Shown: positions 54,021 to 63,100 of the stretch, one piece after another
Numbering within the stretch: the stretch's first letter is position 1
Layout of the letters: every line of letters starts with the position of its first letter
Assembly (NCBI GenBank): GCA_035653275.1
Contig: DASRCE010000002.1
Span: forward strand, 13,267 to 77,266
Reading direction: 5' to 3'
Length of the DNA: 64,000 nt
Source of the DNA: Gaiellaceae bacterium
GTDB lineage: Bacteria; Actinomycetota; Thermoleophilia; Gaiellales; Gaiellaceae
Notes under the pieces: generated by a model
What the model saw: only the letters and a program-made list of their open reading frames with translations
Databases searched by the model: none
Told to the model about the DNA's origin: nothing
Position numbers and translations under genes: made by a program

Positions 54021-56096
54021 GTGACGCTCTCGCCGGTACGGCGGCCGCAACGTCGTCGTCGCCGCGGATGGCGGCTCGCGCCCGCCGCCGCCGTCGTGCT
54101 CGCGGCGCTCGCGCTCGGGGCCCTCGAGCACCACTCGCACCACGCGGGCACGCCGGCGACTCCACCGAAGCAGACGGCCACGAAGCCGATCCGCCTGCGG
54201 GTTCCGCCGCGGCCGGAGCGGCTGGCCGAGCGCGCGACGGGAACACTGGCCGAGCCCGTCCAGGATGCTGCCGCGACGCGCGTGCCCGGAGGCGTCATGC
54301 TCCTCGGCGGCCTGACGGCCGCGGATCAGTCTCGAACCGACGTGAGGATCGCCACCGCGTCCGGCGACCGAGCGGCCGGAACGCTGCCGACGGCGCTCCA
54401 CGACACCGCGGCCGTGACGATCGGCGGCGCCGTCTACCTCTTCGGCGGCGGGACCGGCGCGAACACGCAGAGCGACGCCGTCGTCCGCGTTCCGCAGCGC
54501 GGCGGCACCGCGACGGTCGTCGGCCGGCTGCCCGCGCCGAGCTCCGACCAGGCGGCGGCCGCCCTCGGCGGCACGGCCTACGTCGTCGGCGGGTACACGG
54601 GCACGCGGTGGCTCGACACGATCGTCGCCTGGCGACCCGGCGGCCCGGCGCGCGTCGTCGCGCATCTGCCCCAGCCGGTGCGGTACGCGGCCGTCGCGGC
54701 CACGGGGTCGACGGTCGTGATCGCGGGCGGCTCGCTCGAGAACGGCACGGCGAGTCGGGCCGTCCTCGCATATCGCCCCGGCGCGCCGCGTGTGACGCGG
54801 ATCGGGAGCCTGCCGGCCGCGACGACGCATGCTGCGGCCGCAGCGCTTGGCGCCATCGTCTACGTGATCGGGGGCCGCGGCGCCGCCGTCGACACGCCGA
54901 CCGCGCGCATCGTCGCCGTGGACGTCGCACGCCGCCGCGTGCGCGCAGCCGGAACGCTGGCCTCGCCGCGGTCGGACCTCGCCGCCGTCACGGTGGGGAA
55001 GTCGATCCTCGTCGCCGGAGGCCGGGGCGTCGGCGGCGCCGAGTCCGGACTGAGCGAGCTTGCGCCGGCCGCCTCCGTTGCCCCCGCCGCTCTCGACGTG
55101 CGAAACGTCTACGCAGCCGACACTCCGCGCGACCTCACCGGTGCTGCGCGGTTCGCGAAGCCGCTCGTCTACGTGCCGAACAGCGAGAGCGACACGGTCG
55201 ACGTGATCGACCCACGGACCTACCGCATCGTCGAGCACTTCGCCGTGGGCGGCCTGCCGCAGCACGTCGTGCCGGCGTGGAACCTGCGCACGCTCTACGT
55301 CACGAACGACACGGGCAACAGCCTGACGACGATCGATCCGCGAACCGGCCGGCCCGGTCGCACGATCCCCGTCGAGGATCCGTACAACATGTACTTCACC
55401 CCGAACGGCCGCTATGCGATCGTGGTCGCAGAGCGGTTGCAGCGGCTCGACTTCCGAGACGCGCACACCTTTGCGCTCCGGCACTCGCTCGTCGTGCCGT
55501 GTCGAGGCGTCGACCACATGGACTTCACCGCCGACGGCCGGTACCTGCTCGCGAGCTGCGAGTTCTCGGGGCAGATGGTGGTTGTGAACGTGCCGCGGCA
55601 GCGCGTCGTCCGCGTGCTCTCGCTGCCGTCCGGCCCCGGCGCGATGCCGCAGGACGTGAAGCTGTCGCCGGACGGCCGCATCTTCTACGTCGCCGACATG
55701 CACGGCGGCGGTGTCTGGGAGATCGACGCGCGCACGTTTCGCGTCCTGCGTTTCCAGCCGACGGGCGCGGGCGCGCACGGGTTGTACCCGAGCCGCGACG
55801 CCCGGTTCCTGTACGTGAGCAACCGCACCGCCGGCACCGTCTCCGTGATCCGCTTCGCGACGCGGCGTATCGTCGCGACGTGGACGATTCCCGGCGGCAC
55901 GCCGGACATGGGCGGCGTCTCGGCCGACGGGAAGGTGCTCTGGCTGTCCGGGCGCTATCGCGCCGAGGTGTACGCGATCTCGACGCGGACCGGAAAGCTG
56001 CTCGCGCGAATCCCGGTCGGCGCAGGGCCGCACGGCCTCTGCGTCTGGCCGCAGCCGGGCCGCTACTCGCTCGGCCACACCGGCATCCTGCGCTAG
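54021..56096 (+). CDS. Membrane-anchored or secreted protein with an N-terminal Kelch-like propeller and C-terminal YVTN-type beta-propeller repeats
   Basis: Repeated GG.VYL/VV.GG Kelch-like blades, then LYVTN, FYVAD, LYVSN and SADGK repeats. Confidence 0.8.
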   Translation: MTLSPVRRPQRRRRRGWRLAPAAAVVLAALALGALEHHSHHAGTPATPPKQTATKPIRLRVPPRPERLAERATGTLAEPVQDAAATRVPGGVMLLGGLTAADQSRTDVRIATASGDRAAGTLPTALHDTAAVTIGGAVYLFGGGTGANTQSDAVVRVPQRGGTATVVGRLPAPSSDQAAAALGGTAYVVGGYTGTRWLDTIVAWRPGGPARVVAHLPQPVRYAAVAATGSTVVIAGGSLENGTASRAVLAYRPGAPRVTRIGSLPAATTHAAAAALGAIVYVIGGRGAAVDTPTARIVAVDVARRRVRAAGTLASPRSDLAAVTVGKSILVAGGRGVGGAESGLSELAPAASVAPAALDVRNVYAADTPRDLTGAARFAKPLVYVPNSESDTVDVIDPRTYRIVEHFAVGGLPQHVVPAWNLRTLYVTNDTGNSLTTIDPRTGRPGRTIPVEDPYNMYFTPNGRYAIVVAERLQRLDFRDAHTFALRHSLVVPCRGVDHMDFTADGRYLLASCEFSGQMVVVNVPRQRVVRVLSLPSGPGAMPQDVKLSPDGRIFYVADMHGGGVWEIDARTFRVLRFQPTGAGAHGLYPSRDARFLYVSNRTAGTVSVIRFATRRIVATWTIPGGTPDMGGVSADGKVLWLSGRYRAEVYAISTRTGKLLARIPVGAGPHGLCVWPQPGRYSLGHTGILR

Positions 56097-56365
56097 CCGT
56101 TCTCGTCCTCGCGGCGGCGCTCGCGGGGTGCGGCGGCGGCGGCACATCGGGTCGCGCGCTCTTCGCGAAGGACTGCGCGCGCTGCCACTCGCTCGTCGGT
56201 CACGAGGTCGGTGCGCCCGGCGGCGACCTCCTCCTCGCTCACCTCAGCGTGAGCGACCTCGCGAGCTTCGCCCGCGCGATGCCCGTGCGCCCACCGCTCA
56301 CGAACGACGAGGCGCAGGCCGTCGCCCGCTACGTCCACGCGGCCGCCCAGCATGCAAAACCGTAA
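56039..56365 (+). CDS. Lipoprotein c-type cytochrome; start uncertain (no ATG/GTG/TTG available, CTG at 56039 or 56045)
   Basis: Lipobox LAAALAGC, heme motif CARCH, and a distal Met region ARAMPV. Overlaps the 3' end of the propeller gene in another frame. Confidence 0.65.
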   Translation: MRLAAAGPLLARPHRHPALAVLVLAAALAGCGGGGTSGRALFAKDCARCHSLVGHEVGAPGGDLLLAHLSVSDLASFARAMPVRPPLTNDEAQAVARYVHAAAQHAKP

Positions 56366-56382
56366 GGGCCGGACGAACCGCT

Positions 56383-56679
56383 CTAGCGGCGCCGGTCCGC
56401 GAACGGCTCGAGGTCGTGCGCGTTGAGGCCGATCTCGCCGGACTCGAGGGCCCCCTTGACCTCGCGCGCGAGCTGGCGCCCCTCGGAATCCTGGTCGGGG
56501 TCGAGCACCGTCGACACGCTGGCGACCACCGCGTTCCCCTCGTGCAGCTGGATGTCGACGGTCGTGAGCTGCGACTTGTCGTCGATGTAGGCGTCGTCGG
56601 GCACCCCGACCCAGACAGTGATCGAGCCGCCGCTCGGAAGAGCCGCGTGCTCGATCGCGGGTGACGTTCGCAGGCTCAC
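56383..56679 (-). CDS. Small hypothetical protein (98 aa)
   Basis: GTG start, high GC3, divergent from the AI-2E transporter gene. Confidence 0.45.
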   Translation of the reverse strand: MSLRTSPAIEHAALPSGGSITVWVGVPDDAYIDDKSQLTTVDIQLHEGNAVVASVSTVLDPDQDSEGRQLAREVKGALESGEIGLNAHDLEPFADRRR

Positions 56680-56722
56680 CGCGGCACCGTACAACGTCCG
56701 GCCTCGCGGCGATCCTGGGTAC

Positions 56723-57817
56723 GTGACGCCGGAGCGCGTGGTCGACCTGCGTCCCCGCACGATCCTGCGGGTCCTGCTGATCGTCCTCGCCGTCGCGATC
56801 GCGCTCGAGGTGATCTGGATCGCACGGCATGTGCTCGCGTGGGTCGTGATCGCGCTGTTCCTCGCGCTCGCGCTCGACCCGCTCGTCGGCTGGATCGAGC
56901 GCAGGGGACGCATCGCGCGCGGGCCCGCGATCGCGCTCGCGTACCTGATCGCGCTGCTCGTCGTCGCCGGCGTCGGAGCGAGCTTCGTCCCGAAGCTCGT
57001 GAGCGAGGTGAACGGCTTCGTCGACGCGCTGCCGGGCTACGTCCACGACCTCACGCACGGTCGCGGACGGCTCGGGTTCCTCGAGACGAAGTACCACGTC
57101 GTCGAGAAGGTGCGCGAGCAGGTGCGCTCCGGCGGCGCGAAGAAGGTGCTCGGGCTCTCCGGCGCCGCTCTCTCGATCACCAAGAGCGTCATCACGATCA
57201 TCGCGGCGACGATCACGATCGTCTTCCTGACGTTCTTCATGCTCCTCGAGGGACGCGACTGGGTCGAGCGCATCTACGGCCTGTTTCCCGAGGAGTCGCG
57301 TCCCCGCTGGCGGCGCGTCGGCTCCGACATCTACCGCACGGTCGGCGGCTACGTGACGGGGAACATCCTGATCAGCCTCATCGCCGGCGGGTCGATCACG
57401 ATCGTCCTGCTGATCATGGGCGTGCCGTACGCGGTGGCGCTCGGGCTCGTCGTCGCGTTCCTCGACCTGATCCCGCTCGCCGGCGCGACGGTCGCCGGGA
57501 TCGTCGTCTGCGTCGTGGCGTTCCTGCACTCCGTGCCGGCCGGCGTCGTCGTCCTCGTCTTCTTCGTCGTCTACCAGCAGATCGAGAACCACTTCCTGCA
57601 GCCGGTCATCTACGGCCGCACGGTTCAGCTCTCCCCGCTGGCGGTGCTCGTCTCGGTGCTCGTCGGCGCCGAGCTGGCGGGCATTCTCGGCGCGCTCGCC
57701 GCGATCCCCGTGGCCGGAACGCTGCAGGTGATCGTCCGCGACCAGCTCGCCGCTCGTCGCGGTGTCCTCGTCCACGAAACGGTTGCTCGCGCTGCACCCG
57801 AACCGCAGGGACGTTAG
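56723..57817 (+). CDS. AI-2E family transporter (UPF0118/PerM-like)
   Basis: Multi-TM protein with LDLIPLAGATVAG and YQQIENHFLQP motifs. Confidence 0.88.
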   Translation: MTPERVVDLRPRTILRVLLIVLAVAIALEVIWIARHVLAWVVIALFLALALDPLVGWIERRGRIARGPAIALAYLIALLVVAGVGASFVPKLVSEVNGFVDALPGYVHDLTHGRGRLGFLETKYHVVEKVREQVRSGGAKKVLGLSGAALSITKSVITIIAATITIVFLTFFMLLEGRDWVERIYGLFPEESRPRWRRVGSDIYRTVGGYVTGNILISLIAGGSITIVLLIMGVPYAVALGLVVAFLDLIPLAGATVAGIVVCVVAFLHSVPAGVVVLVFFVVYQQIENHFLQPVIYGRTVQLSPLAVLVSVLVGAELAGILGALAAIPVAGTLQVIVRDQLAARRGVLVHETVARAAPEPQGR

Positions 57818-57925
57818 GCTTGCGCCCTCGCTAACCCCCCGCTCCCTCGAACGAGGGGGCTGCGGCCCCCCGAATCACTCGAATGGCCCATGGCGTGTAA
57901 CCGCGGACCAATCGAACCTACGTCT

Positions 57926-58474
57926 ATGCGAACCCGTGCGGTGAAGGGGCTCGTGACGTTGGCGTGCGCGGCCGCGCTCGCCGTCGCCGTCACGCCGATC
58001 GCGCTTTCCTCGACCTCGTCGTCCGAACGTGCACATGCATCCGTCGCCGCGCTCGAAACCGGCGTCTTGGACGAGCTGAACGAAGTGCGGGCGGATCACG
58101 GCCTGCCGGCGCTGCGCGACAACCCCGCGCTGTCGGCGGCGGCGACGCAGCACTCGCGCGAGATGGGTCTCGACGGATACTTCGACCACGACTCCGCGAA
58201 CGGCTCCGCGTTCTGGGCCCGGATCGCGCACTGGTATTCGCGCATCGGCTTCTCGCAGTGGTCGGTCGGGGAGAACCTGCTTTGGTCGTCGCCGGACGTT
58301 GCCCCTTCGGCGGCGATCAGCATCTGGATGCACTCGCCTGTTCACCGCGCGAACATCCTCGACGCCCGCTGGCGGGAGGTCGGGATCGGCGCGGTGCACT
58401 TCGACGGGGCGGGCGGCGCGTTCGGCGGCCGCGCCGTGACGATCGTCACCGCCGACTTCGGCGTCCGTCGCTGA
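57926..58474 (+). CDS. Secreted CAP/SCP domain protein
   Basis: Signal peptide; NEVRADHGLPAL, HSREM, FDHDS, GENL, and HRANIL motifs. Confidence 0.85.
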   Translation: MRTRAVKGLVTLACAAALAVAVTPIALSSTSSSERAHASVAALETGVLDELNEVRADHGLPALRDNPALSAAATQHSREMGLDGYFDHDSANGSAFWARIAHWYSRIGFSQWSVGENLLWSSPDVAPSAAISIWMHSPVHRANILDARWREVGIGAVHFDGAGGAFGGRAVTIVTADFGVRR

Positions 58475-58498
58475 GCGGCGATACCGTTCCCTCGTAGC

Positions 58499-58570
58499 GC
58501 GCCCGTAGCTCAGCGGAAGAGCGGCGGCCTTCTAAGCCGTTGGTCGGGGGTTCGAATCCTCCCGGGCGCA
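58499..58570 (+). tRNA. tRNA-Arg (anticodon UCU)
   Basis: Hand-folded cloverleaf with anticodon loop CTTCTAA and discriminator A. Confidence 0.88.
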
Positions 58571-58665
58571 TCGCGGCGCCGGACGAAGCAGTCGCGGCGG
58601 GCGTTTCCGCTCGGCGCCTCCCGGCGATCCTCCTTCGACGGAACACCACTCCACGAGGAGGACGA

Positions 58666-59250
58666 ATGGCCGAACGCACGCTGCAAGGAAAGAAGGTCGC
58701 GATCCTCGCGGCCGACATGGTCGAGCGGGTCGAGCTGGTCGAGCCCCGGAAGGCGCTCGAGGAGGCCGGCGCCGAGACCCACCTGATCGCGCTCGAGCCG
58801 GGGGAGATCCAGGCGTTCAACCACTTCGACCCCGCGGACAAGCAGAAGGTCGACCGCGCCGTCGAAGAGGTCGACGCCTCCGATTACGACGCGCTGATGA
58901 TCCCCGGCGGCGTCGGCAACCCGGACCAGCTGCGCGGGGACGAGAACGTCGTCGCGTTCGTGCGCGACTTCTTCGAGAGCGGGAAGCCCGTGGCCGCGAT
59001 CTGCCATGCGCCGTGGGTCCTCGTCGAGGCGGACGTCGTGCGCGGGCGCAAGCTGACGTCGTGGCCGACGCTCCAGACCGACATCCGCAACGCCGGCGGG
59101 AACTGGGTCGACGAGGAAGTGGTCGTCGACCAGGGGCTCGTCACGAGCCGGAAGCCCGACGACATCCCCGCGTTCAACGAGAAGATGGTCGAGGAGTTCG
59201 CCGAAGGCGTCCACGCGCGGCAGCGCGAGAAGACCGAGGCCGCGTCCTGA
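58666..59250 (+). CDS. DJ-1/PfpI family protein
   Basis: AAICHAPW nucleophile-elbow Cys; AGGAGGA SD. Confidence 0.9.
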   Translation: MAERTLQGKKVAILAADMVERVELVEPRKALEEAGAETHLIALEPGEIQAFNHFDPADKQKVDRAVEEVDASDYDALMIPGGVGNPDQLRGDENVVAFVRDFFESGKPVAAICHAPWVLVEADVVRGRKLTSWPTLQTDIRNAGGNWVDEEVVVDQGLVTSRKPDDIPAFNEKMVEEFAEGVHARQREKTEAAS

Positions 59251-59897
59251 GCGCGGCGGCGCTGCTCGATCTCGACGGGACGCTCGTCGACGCGAGCTAC
59301 CAGCACGCGTTCGCGTGGTACCGGGCGTTCCGCCGGTTCGACGTCGTCGTGCCGATGTGGCGGGTCCACCGCCACATCGGCATGGGCGGCGACCAGCTCG
59401 TCGCCGCCGTGGCGGGCGAGGAGGTCGAGGAGCGGCTCGGCGACCGGCTGCGGGAGGCGTGCGACGAGGAGTTCAAGAAGCTGCGCGACGAATGTGCGCC
59501 GCTCGAAGGCGCTCACGAGCTCTGCGTCGAGCTCAAGCGCCGCGGCCGGGTCGTGGTCCTCGCATCCTCCTCGCGGCAGGACGACCTCGACCACTTTCTC
59601 GACGTCCTCGAAGTGCGGGACGTCGTGGACGGGTGGACGACGGCCGACGACGTCGAGCGCACGAAACCGCACCCGGACGTCGTCGCGGTCGCCCTGGAGA
59701 AGGCGGGGACGTCGGAGGCGGTGATGCTCGGCGACTCGCGCTGGGACGTCGAGTCCGCCGCGAGGGCAGGCCTGGACACCATCTGCGTGATCACCGGCGG
59801 CTGGTCGGAGCAGGAGCTGCGCGACGCGGGCGCGCGCTGCGTCTTCGACTCGCTCGTCGCGCTGCGCGAGCGCCTCGACGAGACGCCGCTACGATGA
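59247..59897 (+). CDS. HAD family hydrolase, apparent CTG start in a CTGA overlap
   Basis: SAAALLDLDGTLVD motif I follows the CTG directly. No ATG, GTG or TTG is in frame upstream. Also has a KPHPD motif and a GDSRWD motif. Confidence 0.78.
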   Translation: MSAAALLDLDGTLVDASYQHAFAWYRAFRRFDVVVPMWRVHRHIGMGGDQLVAAVAGEEVEERLGDRLREACDEEFKKLRDECAPLEGAHELCVELKRRGRVVVLASSSRQDDLDHFLDVLEVRDVVDGWTTADDVERTKPHPDVVAVALEKAGTSEAVMLGDSRWDVESAARAGLDTICVITGGWSEQELRDAGARCVFDSLVALRERLDETPLR

Positions 59898-59906
59898 GCT
59901 GCGCAC

Positions 59907-59980
59907 GGTGGCAGTAGCTCAGCTGGTAGAGCCCCGGGTTGTGGTCCCGGTGGTCGTGGGTTCGAGTCCCATCTGCCACC
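59907..59980 (+). tRNA. tRNA-His (anticodon GUG) with encoded G-1
   Basis: The extra 5' G pairs with discriminator C. Anticodon loop is TTGTGGT. Confidence 0.9.
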
Positions 59981-60053
59981 CCTGACGACCGACGACACGG
60001 CGTCGAGGCCACCGCCTCGATCCGCCGGAGGCGCCGCTACCCTTGCACGGCAC

Positions 60054-60125
60054 GGCCCCGTAGCTCAGAGGACAGAGCGGGAGCCTTCGAAGCTCCGTGC
60101 GTAGGTTCGATTCCTACCGGGGCCA
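60054..60125 (+). tRNA. tRNA-Arg (anticodon UCG)
   Basis: Hand-folded cloverleaf: GGCCCCG/CGGGGCC acceptor, anticodon stem GGAGC/GCTCC, loop CTTCGAA. Confidence 0.8.
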
Positions 60126-60186
60126 TCGCATCGCCGCCGAAGACGGGATTTGCAGCGGTTGTCAGGTGTCGTAGGCTCGGAGCGGC

Positions 60187-63100
60187 ATGCAGTGCGCGAG
60201 TTGCGGCACCGAGAACGCGGCCGGCAAGAAGTTCTGCGTCGAATGCGGCGCTTCGCTCGCCCGTGCGTGCGAGCGCTGCGGGGCCCCGCTCGGGCCCGCC
60301 GAGAAGTTCTGCGGTGAGTGCGGGGCGGCCGTCGCGGCAGCGGGTCAGCCGCATCGTGCGCCGCCGGCTCCGCCCGCCGCCGCGCCCGAGCCGGCGACGG
60401 AGCGTCGGCTCGTCTCGATCCTGTTCGCCGACCTCGTCGGCTTCACTCCGCTCGCCGAGTCGCGCGACGCGGAGGAGGTGCGCGAGCTGCTCTCCCGCTA
60501 CTTCGACACGTGCCGACGCCTGATCGACGTCTACGGCGGGACCGTCGAGAAGTTCATCGGCGACGCGGTGATGGCGGTGTGGGGCACGCCGGTCGCGACG
60601 GAGGACGACGCCGAGCGGGCCGTCCGGGCGGCGCTCGACCTCGTTGCGGCGGTGGCGGCGCTCGGCCGGGAAGTGGGGGCAGAGAGCCTGCGGGCGCGGG
60701 CCGGCGTCCTCACGGGCGAGGCGGCCGTGAACCTCGCGGCCGTCGGCGAGGGGATGGTCGCCGGCGACCTCGTCAACACGGCATCACGTGTGCAGTCGGT
60801 GGCGGAGCCGGGCACCGTTCTCGTGGGCGAGGCGACGCGCCGCGCCACACAGCGCGCGATCGCGTACGAGGAAGCGGGCGCGTTCCAGCTCAAGGGCAAG
60901 GAGGGGGAGACGCCGTTGTGGCGCGCGCTGCGCGTCGTCTCCGGGCGCGGCGGCGAGCTTCGGTCGCAGGGGCTCGAAGCGCCGTTCGTCGGCCGCGAGC
61001 GCGAGCTCCGCCAGATCAAGGAGCTGTTCCACGTGTGCGCCGACGAGCGCCGGGCGCAGCTCGTGTCCGTCACCGGCGTGGCGGGCACCGGCAAGTCGCG
61101 GCTCTCGTGGGAGTTCTACAAGTACTTCGACGGGATCGCCGACACGGTCTACTGGCACCGCGGCCGCTGCCTCGCGTACGGCGACGGCGTGACGTACTGG
61201 GCGCTCGCCGACATGGTGCGGATGCGCTGCCGGATCGCCGAGGACGAGCAGGCCGAGACGGCGCTGCCGAAGCTCCAGGCCGTCCTCGAAGAGCACATCC
61301 TCGACCCCGACGAGCGCGCGTACGTGGAGCCGCGGCTCGCACAGCTCGTCGGGCTCGCCGGGCACGAGCCGCGCGAGCGGCGAGACCTGTTCGCAGCCTG
61401 GCGCCTCTTCTTCGAGCGCCTCGCGGAGACCTATCCCACCGTGCTCGCTTTCGAGGACATGCAATGGGCGGACGCGAGCCTGCTCGACTTCATCGAGCAC
61501 CTGCTCGAGTGGTCGCGCAACTACCCGCTGTACGTGATCGCGCTCGCGCGCCCGGAGCTCCTCGAGCGCCGGCCGACGTGGGGCGCGGGACTCCGTAACT
61601 TCACGTCGCTGTACCTCGAGCCCCTGCCGCGCGACGCGATGGAAGCGGTGCTCGACGGCCTCGTGCCGGGACTGCCGGAGTCGCTTCGAGAGCAGATCTT
61701 GGCGCGGGCCGAGGGGGTGCCGCTGTACGCGGTCGAGACGGTTCGCATGCTGCTCGACCGCGGGCTCGTGGTGGAGGACGGTCCTGCGTACCGCGTCGTC
61801 GGCGAGGTCGCGTCGCTCGACGTCCCGGAGACCCTGCAGGCGCTCGTCGCCGCGCGGCTCGATGGGCTCTCGCCCGACGAGCGGCGGCTCCTTCAGGACG
61901 CGTCCGTCCTCGGAAAGACGTTCACGTCGGCGGCGCTCGCGGCGCTGGCGGGGCGCGAGGCGCACGAGATCGAGCCCGCGCTGACCTCGTTCGTCCGCAA
62001 GGAGCTGCTCAACGTCCAGCTCGACCCGCGCTCACCGGAGCACGGTCAGTTCGGCTTCTTGCAGGACATCGTCCGGCGCGTCGCCTACGAGACGCTGCCG
62101 CGGCGCGAGCGGCGCGCGAAGCACCTCGCCGCGGCCGAGCACCTGGCGTCGACCCACGGTGAGGACGAGGTGGCAGAGGTCGTGGCCTCGCATCTCGTCG
62201 AGGCGTACCGGCTCGAGCCGGACGCCGACGACGCGGCCGTGCTCCGGATGCGCGCCTTCTCGGCGATGCTCCGCGCCGGTGAGCGCGCCGCGTCGCTGGG
62301 CGCCGCGCTCGAGGCGAAGCGGTACTTCGTGCAGGCAGCGGAGCTCGCGGCCGGGCCCGAGGAGCGCGCGCAGGCGCTCGCGCGGGCGGGTGAGACGGCA
62401 CTGCAGGGCGGCGACCTCGTGGCGGCGGAAGCGCTGCTCGAACAGGCGAGCGAGCTCCACGAGCAGGTGGGCGACGTGCACGCGGCGGCCCGCGTCGCGG
62501 TCAATCTGGCTGAGATCGACGCGACGCTCGGGCGTGTCGAGGAGTCGCTCGACCGCATGGAGCGGGCCTATGCGCGCGTCTCGGACGACGAGGCTGACGC
62601 AGACGTCGCGTATCTCCTCGCCGGGCTCGGCACGGCGCACTTCTTCGCGGGACACCGCGACCGCGCCGCCGAGTTCACGGAGCGGGCGCTCGACGTCGCC
62701 GAGGCGCTGAAGCTGCCCGACGTGCTGTGTCGCGGCTGGAACACGAAGGCGCTTCTCGTCGCGCCGCGGCGCCCGCAGGAGGCGAACGCGCTGTACAGGC
62801 TGGTCCTCGACACGGCCACTGCGCATCAGCTCGACGAGCGCGCAGCGATGACCTGCGGCAACCTCTCCGACAGCTGCTTCCGCGAGGACGACTACACGGA
62901 GTCGCTCGTGTACCTCCAGCGCTCGCTCGACCTCGCCCGCAGGAAGGGCGACCGCTTCGCGGAGTGGTTTGCGCTCAGCGAGCTGAGCTATGCGCTCACC
63001 ATGCTCGGCCGGTGGGACGAGGCGGTCGCCCGGCTTGCCGAGGTGCCCGAGGAGCAGCTCGGCTCGAACACCCTGCTCGGAAGCCCGCTGAACGGCGTCC

